This document shows, in pieces, positions 34,128-43,452 of a stretch of DNA of 64,000 bases. The notes under the pieces were generated by a model. It ran no database searches. It was given only the letters and a program-made list of their open reading frames with translations, and had not been told where the DNA came from. The DNA is from Chthoniobacterales bacterium (GTDB lineage Bacteria > Verrucomicrobiota > Verrucomicrobiia > Chthoniobacterales > JAATET01), in assembly GCA_015655545.1 (NCBI GenBank), contig JAATET010000070.1:11841-75840 (forward strand), in the 5' to 3' direction. Each line of letters opens with the position of its first letter. Positions within the stretch are counted from its first letter, which is position 1. Both the position numbers and the translations under genes were made by a program.

Positions 34128-35480
34128 CTAGATGCCGCGCAATCCGCCGAGGAGCAGCTCGGCGTTCTGTTTCGTATGCTGGAGATTCGTGACGAGGACT
34201 TCCATCGCCTCCACGGCGGGAAGTTCGGAGAGCTGTTTGCGCAGCGTGACGATGCGCGCGAGTTCGTCGGGATGGAGGAGGAGCTCGTCGCGGCGGGTGC
34301 CGGATTTCGTGATGTGGATGGCCGGGAAAACGCGCAGCTCCGCGATGGAACGGTCGAGGTGGACCTCCATGTTGCCGGTGCCTTTGTATTCCTCGAAGAT
34401 GAGGTCATCCATGCGGCTTTGCGTCTCGACGAGCGCGGTGGCGAGAATGGTGAGGCTGCCGCCTTCTTCGACGTTGCGCGCGGAGCCGAAAAATTTCTTG
34501 GGTCGGGCGAGAGCCTTAGCATCGACGCCGCCGCTCATGGTGCGGCTGCCTTTGGTGGGCTGGAGGTTGTTGTAGCCGCGGGAGAGGCGGGTGATGCTGT
34601 CGAGCAGGATGACGACGTCTTTGCCGGTCTCGACGAGACGCTTGGCGCGCTCGGAAACGAGCTCGGCGAGCGCCACGTGACGGGCGGGGGATTCGTCGAA
34701 GGTGCTGCTGAAGATGTCGCAGTCGAGCGAGCGTTCGAAATCGGTGACTTCCTCGGGACGCTCGTCCACCAGGAGAAGGATGAGGTGGATGGCGGGATGA
34801 TTGCGCCGGATGGCCTGAGCCAGCTGGCTGAGGATGACGGTCTTGCCGGCGCGCGGCGGGGCAACGATGAGGCCGCGCTGGCCCATGCCGAGCGGCGAAA
34901 TGAGATCGATGGCGCGGGGGGCGAGATCGGAGTGGCCGGGAGTTTCGAGGAAAATGCGGCGGTTTGGAAACATCGCCGTGAGTTTGTCGAAGTCGGTGGG
35001 GGTGAGCCATTCCGCAGCGGGTTTGCCTTCGATCGTGACGATGGAGTCGAGGACGAGGCCTTGCTCGCGTGGTTGCGGGAGGCGGAGGCGACCGTGGATT
35101 TTCAGGCCAACGCGCAGGTTGTGCTGCTTGATGAACGGCTGGGGCACGGAGACGTCCTCGGGGCAGGGGCGGAAGCTGAATTTTTCCCAGCGCAGGAGAC
35201 CGCGGTTGTTGTCGAGGTCGAAGATGCCGTCGGCGGTGACGATGTCGCCGCGCTGAAGGTGGAAGCGCACCTGGTCGAGGACGAGGTGGTGGAGGCCGCC
35301 GTCGGGGCGAAGACGGATGGAAAACTCGCGAGCGCGGGCGGCGAGTGCCGCACGGCTCAAGCCCTGGAGGAGATTCAGCGAAACGACCAGCGGCGGAGAT
35401 GCGGGCGTCGCGGCCGGTTCCACGATGGTGGAAGGCTCGGGGGTGGTGGGCGTCGCGTCGGGCGAGACAACGTCAGTCAT
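34128..35480 (-). CDS. rho: Transcription termination factor Rho
   Basis: RAIDLISPLGMGQRGLIVAPPRAGKTVIL (Walker A), LLLVDERPEEVTD, ILLDSITRLSRGYN, LATALVETQSRMDD. Start at ATG 35480, overlapping the coaE 3' end by 8 nt. Confidence 0.93.
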   Translation of the reverse strand: MTDVVSPDATPTTPEPSTIVEPAATPASPPLVVSLNLLQGLSRAALAARAREFSIRLRPDGGLHHLVLDQVRFHLQRGDIVTADGIFDLDNNRGLLRWEKFSFRPCPEDVSVPQPFIKQHNLRVGLKIHGRLRLPQPREQGLVLDSIVTIEGKPAAEWLTPTDFDKLTAMFPNRRIFLETPGHSDLAPRAIDLISPLGMGQRGLIVAPPRAGKTVILSQLAQAIRRNHPAIHLILLLVDERPEEVTDFERSLDCDIFSSTFDESPARHVALAELVSERAKRLVETGKDVVILLDSITRLSRGYNNLQPTKGSRTMSGGVDAKALARPKKFFGSARNVEEGGSLTILATALVETQSRMDDLIFEEYKGTGNMEVHLDRSIAELRVFPAIHITKSGTRRDELLLHPDELARIVTLRKQLSELPAVEAMEVLVTNLQHTKQNAELLLGGLRGI

Positions 35481-36075
35481 ACTTGTGGCGGAGATAAGCG
35501 GCGAGAAGGGCTGCTTGCGATTCGAGCAGGTCGAGGCCGGCGTCGTTCCAGACGACATGGGCGGCGCCGCGCATTTTAACGTCAAGGCTCCACTGCGAGG
35601 CGAGGATTTTCCGCGCGAGATCCTCGGAAAGGGAACGAAGGGTGGTCATGCGCCGGATTTGGATCTGCTCGGTCGAGGCGACGACGATGACATGATCGAA
35701 GAGGCCTTCGGCGCGGGTTTCGAAGAGCAGCGGGATATCGACGACGAACATGCGGTCGTGGCCGACGGATTCGCGGGCTCGCGAAGTCCAGCGGTCGCGA
35801 ATTTTTGGATGTAGAATTCCTTCGAGGGTCTTTTTTTTGGCGATGTCGTTGTAGATGATCTCGCGAATGAGCGGACGATTCGGCTCTCCGGTTTTGGAAT
35901 AGGCAAGCGGGGAGACGGTTTCGAGGATTTGCTCGCGGATGGTTTCGTTGGAATCGAGGAGCTCGCGGGCGCAGGCGTCGGCGTCGAAGAAGTCGGCGTC
36001 GATGCGGTCGAGGAGCAGGCGCCGGAAGGTGGATTTGCCCGTGGCGACGCCGCCGGTGATTCCGAGTGTGGGCAT
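35473..36075 (-). CDS. coaE: Dephospho-CoA kinase
   Basis: MPTLGITGGVATGKST P-loop and FDADACAREL. Start at ATG 36075. Confidence 0.85.
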   Translation of the reverse strand: MPTLGITGGVATGKSTFRRLLLDRIDADFFDADACARELLDSNETIREQILETVSPLAYSKTGEPNRPLIREIIYNDIAKKKTLEGILHPKIRDRWTSRARESVGHDRMFVVDIPLLFETRAEGLFDHVIVVASTEQIQIRRMTTLRSLSEDLARKILASQWSLDVKMRGAAHVVWNDAGLDLLESQAALLAAYLRHKYD

Positions 36076-36171
36076 GCGATTGGTGTGGGACTTAAACGGC
36101 CGGGGCTGGATAGCGAAACGGCGGGAAGGCATGCCTCCCCGCCGCGAACGACGCCTGCGTTGCCGCGAATT

Positions 36172-38799
36172 TCACTTACCGGGCATGCCCTTCATATCCA
36201 TCGCGGGAGGTGCGATGTCATCAGGCAGGCCAAGCGGCTCGACGACTTCCTCTTTTTCGATGTCGGAGCGAAGCGGTTTGCCTTCCGCGTCGATCAACTT
36301 CGCGGAGACGAAGATGATGAGGTTTTTCTTGAGTTTCTGGTTCACGTCCGAGCGGAAGAGGCGTCCGACGAGCGGGATGTCACCGAGGAACGGAACTTTG
36401 TCCTGAACTTTTTGCACGTCTTCGCGGATGAGGCCGCCGATGGCGATCGTCATGCCATCCCAGATCGTAATGCTGGTCGTGACCTTGCGAGTGCTGAAGA
36501 TGGGCTGATTGATGACGTTCGGGCTGACCTCGACGCTTTGGGGTTTCCCGCCGATGCTGGCGGACCCGGCGGCTGCGAGAGTGAGGATCGGACTGCCGTA
36601 GTTGATGAAACCATCGAAATCCACCACTTCGGGAGCCAGCTCAAGATCGATGGTGTAGCCATCCGCGCCCACGGTCGGGGTGACCTCGAGAGTCACGCCA
36701 AGGTTGCGGGTTTCGAAAGCCGATGGAGTGGTGGGGGTAATGATCGGATTCGTGATGACGCCGGAAGTTCCAAAACCCGAACCCACGCCATTGACGTCAT
36801 TGGCCGCGGCTCCAACGGTCTGTGGGATCTGCGGCGGGTCAAATTCAGTCGGATAGCGGAATTCGCGAATGACGTTGATGACGGCCTTGTTGCCGCTCTT
36901 GGTCGTGACCGTGGGCGCGGACATGAGGTCGATGCCTTTTTTCTGGTCCAGGGCGCGAATGACCAGCTGGAATTGCGGATTCGTGTAGATGCCGGCGAGC
37001 CCGAGGATGCCGGGAGCGGCACCGGTAAGGAGGCTGGTGCCGCCTGCAAGAAGGGTGTCCAATCCGTTGTTCGAGATTGCGGAACTGCCGCCGGTGCCCT
37101 GGCCGGAGCGAAGCCCTTGGGTGACGTTATTCACGCCGATCGGTTCGCCGCCGGGGGCCACGAATGGCAGGGAAGCGGTGTCCGAGTTGATCGATCCGCC
37201 GGTGCCATAGACGCCATTTCCGATTTGCAGCGGCCCCATCAGCCAGCTGAATCCAAGTTCCTTGAGGTTGTTTTGGTTGATTTCGACGAACTTCGATTCG
37301 ATCTGGACCTGGGTCGGAGCCTGGCCCGCCGCGGCATCCACGATGGCGTCGATGAGATCGATGTTATCCTGCGTGCTGCGCACGACGAGTTTGCTGCCGG
37401 CGGGAATGTATTGGGCGCTGGAGCCGGGAGGAAAGGGGATGCCGAGCTTGCTCAGGTATTCTTGGGCGTTCTGGCGTCCTTTGACCCTTTTTTCCGTGCT
37501 GCCGGCGACCACGGCGGCTCCGAAGGGGGCCGAGGCATCGGTGGCGCTATCCTCGACTTTCGGAATGAAAGTCGGGAGAACCTTGTATTCCTTGGTGATG
37601 AGATCCTGGCTCACATCGGTGAGCGGAACAATCGAGACGGCGACGGGATCGATCTTGATTTTCAATCCGGCCTGGGCGGCGACGTAGCGCAGCGCTTCGT
37701 AGAGCGGAATATTGTTCAAGGCGAGGGTGATCTGGGTATCCTCGGTGGTCAGAGGAGCGGCGGCGACGGGCGCTGCTCCGGGTGTGCCCGTGCCGGGAGA
37801 AAGGATGTCCGAACTCGCGGCGGCGGCCGTCGCATTGGCCGAAGGCAGCTTCAGGAAAATATTGACACCTTTTTTACTGCCATCGGGTTCCAGGGTATCC
37901 AGTTTCTTGCTGGTCTGGCGAAGGTAGTCCACGGCCTCGCGGATCGTGGTTTCCCGGAAGTCGAGGTGAGGAATGATAATGCGATTGAGTTTTGCGATGA
38001 TGGCTTCGTTGCGGGAAACGTCGCTGCGGCTGGAGGTGACGGTGTCCTTTCCGCCCGTGAATCGACGGACGGGAAGCTCCCAGCCTTTATCAACCTGCCA
38101 GAGCATCTCACTGCGAGTCTGGTTGTAGGCTTCGTGATAGTATTTTTGCCGCGCCTCGTTGGCTTTTTCCATGCCCTTGCGTGCGGCAATATTGTAGGGA
38201 TCTATGTTGAGCACCTGTTCGTAGCGTTTGGTGGCGAGATCGAAGCTGCCTCGCGAATAGAAGCCGTCGGCCTCGACAAGAAGCTTGGAGACCTGGTCGC
38301 GCTCTTCGGCGAACCGTGGCGTGACCGTCTTGTTGTAATAGTCGGGTTGCTCGAGATTGGAGAGCAACACGATGGCCGGCCGGTAGGTAGGATTGTATTG
38401 AACTAGGAGAATGGTCTTGGCGACTTTTTCGGCGTCTCCGTATTTGCCATGGTCGATCAAGGATTCCGCGTAGGCGACGCCGGTCTGGCTGAATTTGTTC
38501 AGAGCTTCCGTGCGCTCGACGGTCACGGCAGGGCCGGAACCGATCAAATCGACCGCCTGGCGGTAGGAGTCGTAAGCGGTGGCGTAGTCTTGGCTGGCCA
38601 GAGCGCGATCTCCTTGCTGAATCAGGCGCTGGGCGGAAGCGATGTCTTCCTGGCGACGGACGATTTCACGTTGCGCGGAGGAGTCGAGTGAACTGGACGA
38701 GCTGGAGTAACTTCCGGCAAAAGTGGAGGGAAGACTCAGCGCGGCCAAGGCCAGGCAGAATCCAATCGGCCGAATCCGGGAATCGAGGGGTTTGATCAT
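36172..38799 (-). CDS. Secretin (Amuc_1098-like type IV pilus-like outer-membrane protein), paralogue B
   Basis: Signal peptide, N-terminal TPR-like helices, then secretin motifs QVQIESKFVEINQNNLKELGF, NPQFQLVIRALDQKKGIDLMSAPTVTTKSGNKA, IPLVGRLFRS and LIIFVSAKLID. Confidence 0.8.
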   Translation of the reverse strand: MIKPLDSRIRPIGFCLALAALSLPSTFAGSYSSSSSSLDSSAQREIVRRQEDIASAQRLIQQGDRALASQDYATAYDSYRQAVDLIGSGPAVTVERTEALNKFSQTGVAYAESLIDHGKYGDAEKVAKTILLVQYNPTYRPAIVLLSNLEQPDYYNKTVTPRFAEERDQVSKLLVEADGFYSRGSFDLATKRYEQVLNIDPYNIAARKGMEKANEARQKYYHEAYNQTRSEMLWQVDKGWELPVRRFTGGKDTVTSSRSDVSRNEAIIAKLNRIIIPHLDFRETTIREAVDYLRQTSKKLDTLEPDGSKKGVNIFLKLPSANATAAAASSDILSPGTGTPGAAPVAAAPLTTEDTQITLALNNIPLYEALRYVAAQAGLKIKIDPVAVSIVPLTDVSQDLITKEYKVLPTFIPKVEDSATDASAPFGAAVVAGSTEKRVKGRQNAQEYLSKLGIPFPPGSSAQYIPAGSKLVVRSTQDNIDLIDAIVDAAAGQAPTQVQIESKFVEINQNNLKELGFSWLMGPLQIGNGVYGTGGSINSDTASLPFVAPGGEPIGVNNVTQGLRSGQGTGGSSAISNNGLDTLLAGGTSLLTGAAPGILGLAGIYTNPQFQLVIRALDQKKGIDLMSAPTVTTKSGNKAVINVIREFRYPTEFDPPQIPQTVGAAANDVNGVGSGFGTSGVITNPIITPTTPSAFETRNLGVTLEVTPTVGADGYTIDLELAPEVVDFDGFINYGSPILTLAAAGSASIGGKPQSVEVSPNVINQPIFSTRKVTTSITIWDGMTIAIGGLIREDVQKVQDKVPFLGDIPLVGRLFRSDVNQKLKKNLIIFVSAKLIDAEGKPLRSDIEKEEVVEPLGLPDDIAPPAMDMKGMPGK

Positions 38800-38820
38800 G
38801 GAATAAAGCAGCTGCGGAAA

Positions 38821-41439
38821 TTAGTTGTTGGGACCAGCCGGGAGAGGGGAACCGGTGAGCGAATCGCCGGGGACGGCTTCGGAACCGATATTTTTGGAAT
38901 CGGGGACAGCGACCTCCGTGCCGTCTTCGACTTCTTTGATGAGGGGCTGGCCGGCGGGATCGATCAGGTTCGCGGTGACGAACATGATGAGGTTTCTCTT
39001 GATATGCTGGTCGGCGGAGGAGCGGAACAGGCGTCCGACAAGGGGGATGTCTCCGATGATGGGAGTCTTGTCCTCGACTTTTTGGACGTCTTCGCGCATG
39101 AGGCCGCCGAGCACGACAGTCTGGCCGTCGTAAACGGTTACCTGGGTGGTGACTTGGCGGACGCTGAAGATCGGCTGGTTGATGACGTTTTCGGAGACCA
39201 GCACGCGGGTCGGGCTGCCGAGGATGGTGCCAAGGTTGGCAAGTCCGCCGAAAATTCCGCCGTTTTGACCGATCGCGCCGAAAGTTATGGACTGGGCGCT
39301 GGTGTAGATCGGGCTGCCGTAGTTGATGAAACCGTCGAACTCCGTGACGCGAGGGGAGAGCGTAAGGTCGATCGTGTAACCGTCGGGTCCGATGGTGGGC
39401 TCGACTTCGAGTTCGACGCCGAGTGGGCGCATTTCGAAAGCAGATGGTGTCGTAGGTGTCACCGGAGTGAAGCCTGTGTTCACAGTCTGGGGAATCTGTG
39501 GCGGATCAAACTGGGTCGGATATTTGAACTCGCGGACGATGGAGATCGTGGCGTGCTGGCCGCTTTTGGCAGTGACTTTCGGCGCGGACAGGAGATCGAT
39601 GCCTTTTTTCTGGTCCAAGGCGCGGAGCACCACTTGGAACTGGGGGTTGGTGAAGACACCAGCCAGAGCAAGAACGCCTGGAGCCGGGCCTACCGGGGAA
39701 CCAAAAAGCAGGCCGTCGAGAGCGTTTACGCTGATGGCGGAACTGCCCGTGCGGTTGCCGCCGGTGAGGGGGCCGGATGTCGTGCTGGTCGCTCCGATGG
39801 GCACGCCATTCGAGCCGGGCGCCTGGAAGGGATAGGCGCTGTTGCTCGTGGTGGTGCCACCGCCAGAGTCGCTCGAGGAAGAAGTGGTGCCGGTCAGGCT
39901 CGATCCGAAAGGCGTGGTGCCGCCGCCGCCATAAACGCCGCTGCCAAAGGGCATCTGGAATTGGCCGAGGAGCCAATCGAAGCCAAGCTCTTTCAGGTTG
40001 TTTTGGGTGATTTCAACGAACTTGGATTCGATCTGAACCTGGGTGGGAGTGTTTTGGCTGTCGTTTTCGACGAGCTGATCGATGAGATCGAGGTTGGCCT
40101 GCGTGTTGCGGACGATCAGCTTGCTGCTGCTGGAGAGATAGTTCGCAGTGGCGCCGGGGCCGAAGGTCACGCCGCTGGCTTCGAGGAATTCCTTCGCTCC
40201 GGATTTGGCGACGGTGCCCGAGCCTCCTGCGGCAGGGGCGTTGAAACCGCCGAGACCGCCGCCGTCGGCTGCGCCTCCGCCATCCGCGGCGGGAAGGCTG
40301 GTGATGAAGCCGGGGGAGACTTTGTATTCCTTGGTAATCAGCACGTCGGTGACTTCGTTCAGCGGAACGATGGCGACGGCGTAGGGTTCCACCTTCTTTT
40401 TGAGATTCGCGGCCTGGGCGATATAATCGAGTGCCTGGCCAAGGGGAACGTCGGTGAGCTGAAGGGTGATGCGCTGGGCGGAGGCGGCGTCCTGAGTGGC
40501 GGGATCGAGCTTGAGCACGATGTTGATGCCGCGTTTATTCGGGTCGGGCTCGCCCTGATCGAGGGCGGAGGCGCGAAGCTTGATATAATCGAGGGCCTCG
40601 CGCACGGTGGCTTCGCGGAAGTTGATGCTGGGAATGTGGATTTCCTCGAGCTTGCGTTGGATGCTGGCGGTGCCGCGGGTATCGATGACCGGTTGCTCGA
40701 TGACCTGGGAGTTGCCCACGTCGAAACGGGTGACGGGGAGTTCCCATGCCTTGTCCACCTGGGTGACGAGCTCGGAACGGGTGGTATTTGCCGCTTGGTC
40801 GGCGTAGCTGGTGCGGGCGGCATCGACTTTTTCCATCAACCGGCGGGCGGCGATGTTGTATTTGTCGATGTTGAGCACCTGTTCGCAGCGCTTGTAGGCG
40901 AGGTCGAAACGACCGCTCTGGTAGAATCCGTCGCCTTCGCGCAGGAGCTGTTTGACCTGTTCGACGTTCGCGACGAAGCCGGGGGTCAGCGTTTTATTAA
41001 AGGTATCGGGCGACTGGAGTTTCGCCAGGAGGGTAAGGGCGGGCTGGTAATTCGGGTCGTATTGCTCTTCGAGGATTTTTTTGACGACCGTCTCGGCATC
41101 CTGATAACGGCCTTCGGAAATTCGCTGGTCGGCCAGCTTGATGACGGCGGTGCCGAAGCCGTTCATGGCCTCGGTGCGCAGCTCGGTGGTGGCTTGTCCG
41201 CCGCTGGGAAGCGCATCGACGGCGCTCTTGAAGTAGGCGTATGCCGACTCGTAGTCCTGGTTGCTCAACGCTTCGTTGCCTTGCGTGATGGCTTTTTGGG
41301 CAAAGGAGTTGACGTTTTCCCGGCGATAAATTTCCCGTTCGGCGGCACCCTGCAACCCGGCTTGCTGGGCAAGAACGGGGGTAAGGTGGAACGCGGCAAG
41401 CGTGGAAATTCCGAGTAGAAGGGCGGATTTACTTGGCAT
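38821..41439 (-). CDS. Secretin (Amuc_1098-like type IV pilus-like outer-membrane protein), paralogue A
   Basis: Same architecture and motifs as paralogue B: QVQIESKFVEITQNNLKELGF, NPQFQVVLRALDQKKGIDLLSAPKVTAKSGQHA, IPLVGRLFRS, LIMFVTANLID. Confidence 0.8.
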   Translation of the reverse strand: MPSKSALLLGISTLAAFHLTPVLAQQAGLQGAAEREIYRRENVNSFAQKAITQGNEALSNQDYESAYAYFKSAVDALPSGGQATTELRTEAMNGFGTAVIKLADQRISEGRYQDAETVVKKILEEQYDPNYQPALTLLAKLQSPDTFNKTLTPGFVANVEQVKQLLREGDGFYQSGRFDLAYKRCEQVLNIDKYNIAARRLMEKVDAARTSYADQAANTTRSELVTQVDKAWELPVTRFDVGNSQVIEQPVIDTRGTASIQRKLEEIHIPSINFREATVREALDYIKLRASALDQGEPDPNKRGINIVLKLDPATQDAASAQRITLQLTDVPLGQALDYIAQAANLKKKVEPYAVAIVPLNEVTDVLITKEYKVSPGFITSLPAADGGGAADGGGLGGFNAPAAGGSGTVAKSGAKEFLEASGVTFGPGATANYLSSSSKLIVRNTQANLDLIDQLVENDSQNTPTQVQIESKFVEITQNNLKELGFDWLLGQFQMPFGSGVYGGGGTTPFGSSLTGTTSSSSDSGGGTTTSNSAYPFQAPGSNGVPIGATSTTSGPLTGGNRTGSSAISVNALDGLLFGSPVGPAPGVLALAGVFTNPQFQVVLRALDQKKGIDLLSAPKVTAKSGQHATISIVREFKYPTQFDPPQIPQTVNTGFTPVTPTTPSAFEMRPLGVELEVEPTIGPDGYTIDLTLSPRVTEFDGFINYGSPIYTSAQSITFGAIGQNGGIFGGLANLGTILGSPTRVLVSENVINQPIFSVRQVTTQVTVYDGQTVVLGGLMREDVQKVEDKTPIIGDIPLVGRLFRSSADQHIKRNLIMFVTANLIDPAGQPLIKEVEDGTEVAVPDSKNIGSEAVPGDSLTGSPLPAGPNN

Positions 41440-41534
41440 GGTTGGGGCAGAGTCGGCGTGGGGAGAAAAGAGGGATGGTTAGCAGAATGTGAGCCTGAAA
41501 TTGCGAGAGGATGTCATTCGAGAACGGCGACCTA

Positions 41535-42470
41535 CTAGGGCGTGCCCTTGGGCACTTGAATCTTGGCCCCTTGGGCGCTTTCGATTACCGCTTCGCTATC
41601 AGAGATGTCAATGAGTTTATACTTTACGGTCTCTTCCGGTTTTACGGAGAAGCTGTCGTTTTTTTTGACCTTAAACTCCGAGCCGTCCCAGAGGTATTTG
41701 AATTTGGCGTAAACGGTGGGGTCGTTGACCGGCTTGTCGTTAACGAGGATAATCTTCTGCCCCGTGTTCTGGTTTTCGACGGTGAGCTCGGAGATATCGA
41801 CTTCGAGGCCTTCCTTGTCCATCTTCTTGGGTTCGTATTTGACGACCTTGTAGGAAGTGCCTGCGACCATTTCGCCGATCTTGAGAAATTGGGTCGGCCC
41901 TTTCAGGTCCATCGTGTTGATGGAGTAGGTGCCCTCATCGGGCGAACCGCTGAATTTCAAGCGGAACGGAACCTGGATGAACTCGAGCAGCCGAAGCTTC
42001 GTGATGTAGGCGGGCATGGATCGGGGATCCGTGGGATCGGTCTTGCCATTGTATTCCTCGATGTTGGAGAACTTGTCGCCATCGGCGTCGGCGTCGGGCA
42101 GGTCGGCATCGGAGAAGTCGAGGTTGTAATCTTTAATCCACTGGTTGGGGATTGGCGGATACAAGGGTTCCTTGTCTTCGAGGGGATTCAGCGGTTTGCC
42201 TTTGTCCTTGGTGACGTAAGGGTCGGAGACGAAGAGCGAGCCGGGATGAATGCCCCAGTCCTTGGGCTTTACAAGAGCAGAGATCCGTTCCTTGACGAGT
42301 TCTGTAGCCGGGGGAGGGACATTGTCATTCCGGCGCGGAGGTGTCTGGCTTTCGGTGAAAGTGCTGTTGAAGGAGAGCGATGAGCTAATGATCAGCCCGG
42401 CGCAGGCAATGAGAACGATCCCCATTACGGCGAGAATGACGCGGTCGAAATGCTTCTTGAGCCAGTCCAT
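41535..42470 (-). CDS. Amuc_1099-like pilus-system protein (N-terminal TM anchor)
   Basis: 311 aa, MDWLKKHFDRVILAVMGIVLIACAGLIISS. The call rests on its position between the Amuc_1100-like gene and the secretin, on its size, and on its single N-terminal anchor. Confidence 0.45.
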   Translation of the reverse strand: MDWLKKHFDRVILAVMGIVLIACAGLIISSSLSFNSTFTESQTPPRRNDNVPPPATELVKERISALVKPKDWGIHPGSLFVSDPYVTKDKGKPLNPLEDKEPLYPPIPNQWIKDYNLDFSDADLPDADADGDKFSNIEEYNGKTDPTDPRSMPAYITKLRLLEFIQVPFRLKFSGSPDEGTYSINTMDLKGPTQFLKIGEMVAGTSYKVVKYEPKKMDKEGLEVDISELTVENQNTGQKIILVNDKPVNDPTVYAKFKYLWDGSEFKVKKNDSFSVKPEETVKYKLIDISDSEAVIESAQGAKIQVPKGTP

Positions 42471-42483
42471 GATCTTCGGGGAG

Positions 42484-43452
42484 CTACTTCTGGGAAGGGA
42501 GATTGTTGAATGTGATCATTTCGATGCGAAGTCCGACGGTGAGCTTTTCCCGGCCCACCAGCACTCGCAAGGTATGCTGCGCCGTGGCTGGGCCGCTGCT
42601 GGCACCGCCGCCGGCGGCACCGCCCAGAATTCCAGCCAGGTCGTTCGCAGGCGCGGGGGTAGGCTGGGCGTCGGGTTTGGCCTCCTCCACGCGTTTTGGC
42701 CCGTCGAGAGCGCTGTTTTGCACGTTGAGATAGCGGATGATGAAGAACTGCGGCGCATTGACGATGTAGTCCAGTGTGGAGCGCACGGCGCCCTGATCGG
42801 CCACGAAGATGATCTCGAATGAGTTCGCGGTTACGCCGCCTGTGTCGCCTCCGTTGTTGCGGGGTCTGGCTCCCGGCAAGCTGCGGGGCGCGGGCGTCGG
42901 CTGCGCGGAAGCGGCACCAGTTTCCAGGGGAAGGAGATCGCGTTTGATGCCGGTGATTTCCTTCACCTTGACCTGAATGAGATTGTCGACGACGAGACGG
43001 ATGGCGGCGAGCTCGCGGGCGAGCGGGCCGGCGGCTGAGTCGGGAGGAAGCGTGCCCTGATACTGGTCGAAGCCGAGGTAAAATCCCGGAGAGAGTGCGA
43101 CCCCGTTTTCCTTGGCTGCAGCCTCGACCTGCGAGACATTGGCGCGCAGGCGATCCTGAAAAGTCTGCGGGGTAATCTCCTCCGCGTTTTTCTGCATGCT
43201 GCCAATCTTCGCGAGGAGCTGATCATACTCGGCGCGATATTGCTTGGTGTAATCGACGTATTTCTGATTGTTCTCGGCGCTTGGAAATGGCGTGCGATTT
43301 TGGAGCTTTCGCAGCTTCAGAACGGCGTCGTCGTAGTTCGCAACGACGTCGGAATAGTGACTATAGCCCGAGTAAAGAAGGTAACCGAAGATTCCAGCGC
43401 CGACTACGGTGATGGAGAGATAGGTGATGAGGAAGGGGTTCCGCCAATTCAT
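42484..43452 (-). CDS. Amuc_1100-like pilus-associated protein
   Basis: 322 aa (Amuc_1100 is ~317 aa). N-terminal TM anchor, helical N-half, then FEIIFVADQGAVRSTLDYIVNAPQFFIIRYLNVQN, an Ala/Pro/Gly-rich linker, and a terminal ..LTVGLRIEMITFN. This parallels my recollection of Amuc_1100 (..LEIAFQGDRESVLKAMNAI..YLFTVNSIRIRNE .. VFVQVSLNLVHFN). Confidence 0.55.
   Translation of the reverse strand: MNWRNPFLITYLSITVVGAGIFGYLLYSGYSHYSDVVANYDDAVLKLRKLQNRTPFPSAENNQKYVDYTKQYRAEYDQLLAKIGSMQKNAEEITPQTFQDRLRANVSQVEAAAKENGVALSPGFYLGFDQYQGTLPPDSAAGPLARELAAIRLVVDNLIQVKVKEITGIKRDLLPLETGAASAQPTPAPRSLPGARPRNNGGDTGGVTANSFEIIFVADQGAVRSTLDYIVNAPQFFIIRYLNVQNSALDGPKRVEEAKPDAQPTPAPANDLAGILGGAAGGGASSGPATAQHTLRVLVGREKLTVGLRIEMITFNNLPSQK

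Noticed and set aside
35929-41418. 825-aa and 804-aa plus-strand ORFs
   Set aside because: They are antisense to the two secretin genes. The composition is Gly/Asp/Ala-rich and no family motifs are present.
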